Assembly: GCA_010909165.1 (NCBI GenBank)
Contig: VJWM01000253.1
Span: 156,591-220,590, forward strand
DNA from: Anthoceros angustus
Lineage: Eukaryota > Plantae > Anthocerotophyta
DNA length: 64,000 bases
Direction: 5' to 3'
The notes beneath the pieces were generated by a model. That model ran no database searches. It worked only from the letters and a program-made list of their open reading frames with translations, and was not told the origin of the DNA. Positions 62,576 to 64,000 of this stretch are shown here, piece after piece (within the stretch, counting starts at the first letter, position 1; the number at the start of each line of letters is the position of its first letter). The translations under genes were made by a program, and so were the position numbers.

Positions 62576-64000
62576 CTAGTCTTGTTGATTTTATGGGCGC
62601 ATGGGCACGGCCATTTAAGGCGCTAGCATGCCCTCTATTGAGGTGACTTGAGATGTGCGGATATATTCCAGCGGATCCATGGGTATGAGGTTTTGCGGAT
62701 CTTGTGAAGAATTGACATTAGAGGCCCACCGAGAGGACTTATGCATTCTGGGCAAAGGAGGTGTATCGTGAGAAGGACTCCTGCCGCAAGTGGTTTCCTT
62801 AACGCTAAATTTGAAGACCAAAGCTGAGCCCTTTTTGCGGAGGACAGCAATCCTTGGATAGTGTTTGGCAGCCTTCCACGCAGCGGCGACACGACTAAGC
62901 GAAGACACAAGGGCCTTGGGGAGAAGTGGGCGCGGTCAGCTATTGTGATGGATTCGGAGTTTGCTCTAGCCCGTCTGAGTCCCAAGTTAGCCCTAGGGAG
63001 TAGGCTTAGTGTTCTCATGTCATGTGCATCTGCTTCTCTTAATTCGCAATCACTTATGGACCCGTTGCATTGAGACAATTGATGTCTTGATTTTCCTTGT
63101 TCCAAAGAAACAATGAAAAGGCGCCGGCGGCGCCCTCTCGCCATTTTGATGTCTATGTTGTGCGTCGGTTTTCTCAATACCTACTCGTTGGAACATGGTG
63201 GACCTTTCTTTAAAAGAGATAAAATGCATATTTATTTGTGTAATGTGTGAAGAGGGTTTTCATTTCACGGAAGGGGTTGGATATTCACCCCTTACAAGAT
63301 ATCGTGTTTCTTCTCCTCTTCCGGTGATACATCACTCATCGGTGGACTTGGGCTCATGGCGTGTGGACTCCTCTGAATCATGGCTCCAGGTGAGTTCTGC
63401 GACCGATGTCGAGGTCTTAAATCGGATGGTGGGCCGGGGAATGATACTATTGAAGGCGAGCAAGCAATGGAGGAGAGCGATAACTTTGAGGCGGACGATA
63501 TGGACGCATCCGAATATGGCGGTGGTTCTTGACTCGATGTCGATGCAAGGCATGGATGAGTCGCCGAGCCGCACTCTTCAATGACTATTGTCGATGCCGA
63601 TGACCACTCCCTCCTTTAGCGGATGTTTGTTGCAATGTTCTTCTTGACGATTAAAATGAGACTCCCTCTAATGCAGGATTGTTTTCATTGTGTTCCACCA
63701 CTTCAAAGTAAAAGTTTTCGGTTGTAATAAACATATAAAAATGGCAGCCCTCTAAACATTCTACAAAAAGCGCGAGGCCCACACCCTCATGCTCCGGTTC
63801 TAGGGTGTTCACTTGAAAGTCGTCTTTTATCAGTATGACCTCGGAAAGGGTGTGTGCATTATCAAAGTAGGGCACATATCTTGTTCTAGGTAAGGTGTTC
63901 TTCGTTACAAGGGGTCATTTGTGATGGACCGAAGGGGGATATCCCCTTCAAAATTATGTTTCTATCAATTCCTTCCTTACATAAGCCCTTTGTGCCAATG

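Overview
Eukaryotic, repeat-saturated plant DNA. The style of the PLS-type PPR and COP1 fragments suggests a seed-free land plant such as a fern or lycophyte; this is inference. No intact host gene is visible, and most reading frames are broken by small deletions, some of which may be long-read errors. Main architecture: (1) 1-26 kb is a nested retrotransposon stack. A full-length Athila-type Ty3/gypsy element (7516-20724; ~3.7-kb LTRs each containing a degraded ORF, tRNA-Asp PBS, TGCTC target-site duplication) sits inside a second, ~4.7-kb ORF-bearing LTR-like repeat (5363-7515 + 20725-23232). That repeat in turn interrupts a repeated coiled-coil ORF family ('family C'). A Ty1/copia 3' fragment lies at 3365-4750. 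(2) A complete 11.8-kb CACTA DNA transposon (28701-40490; CACTACAA termini, TGT TSD) has subterminal TTGTAAA arrays and a TnpA/Ptta-like relic. Its cargo block carries fragments of a PLS-PPR gene, an apparently intron-free piece of COP1 and a Helitron-Rep-like motif. (3) 40.5-55.5 kb holds unassigned degraded ORFs, minisatellites and a 1.5-kb tandem duplication. (4) A minus-strand Ty1/copia element (55601-~61350) has an antisense extra ORF that begins MARTK and contains an NLS and an AT-hook-like motif.
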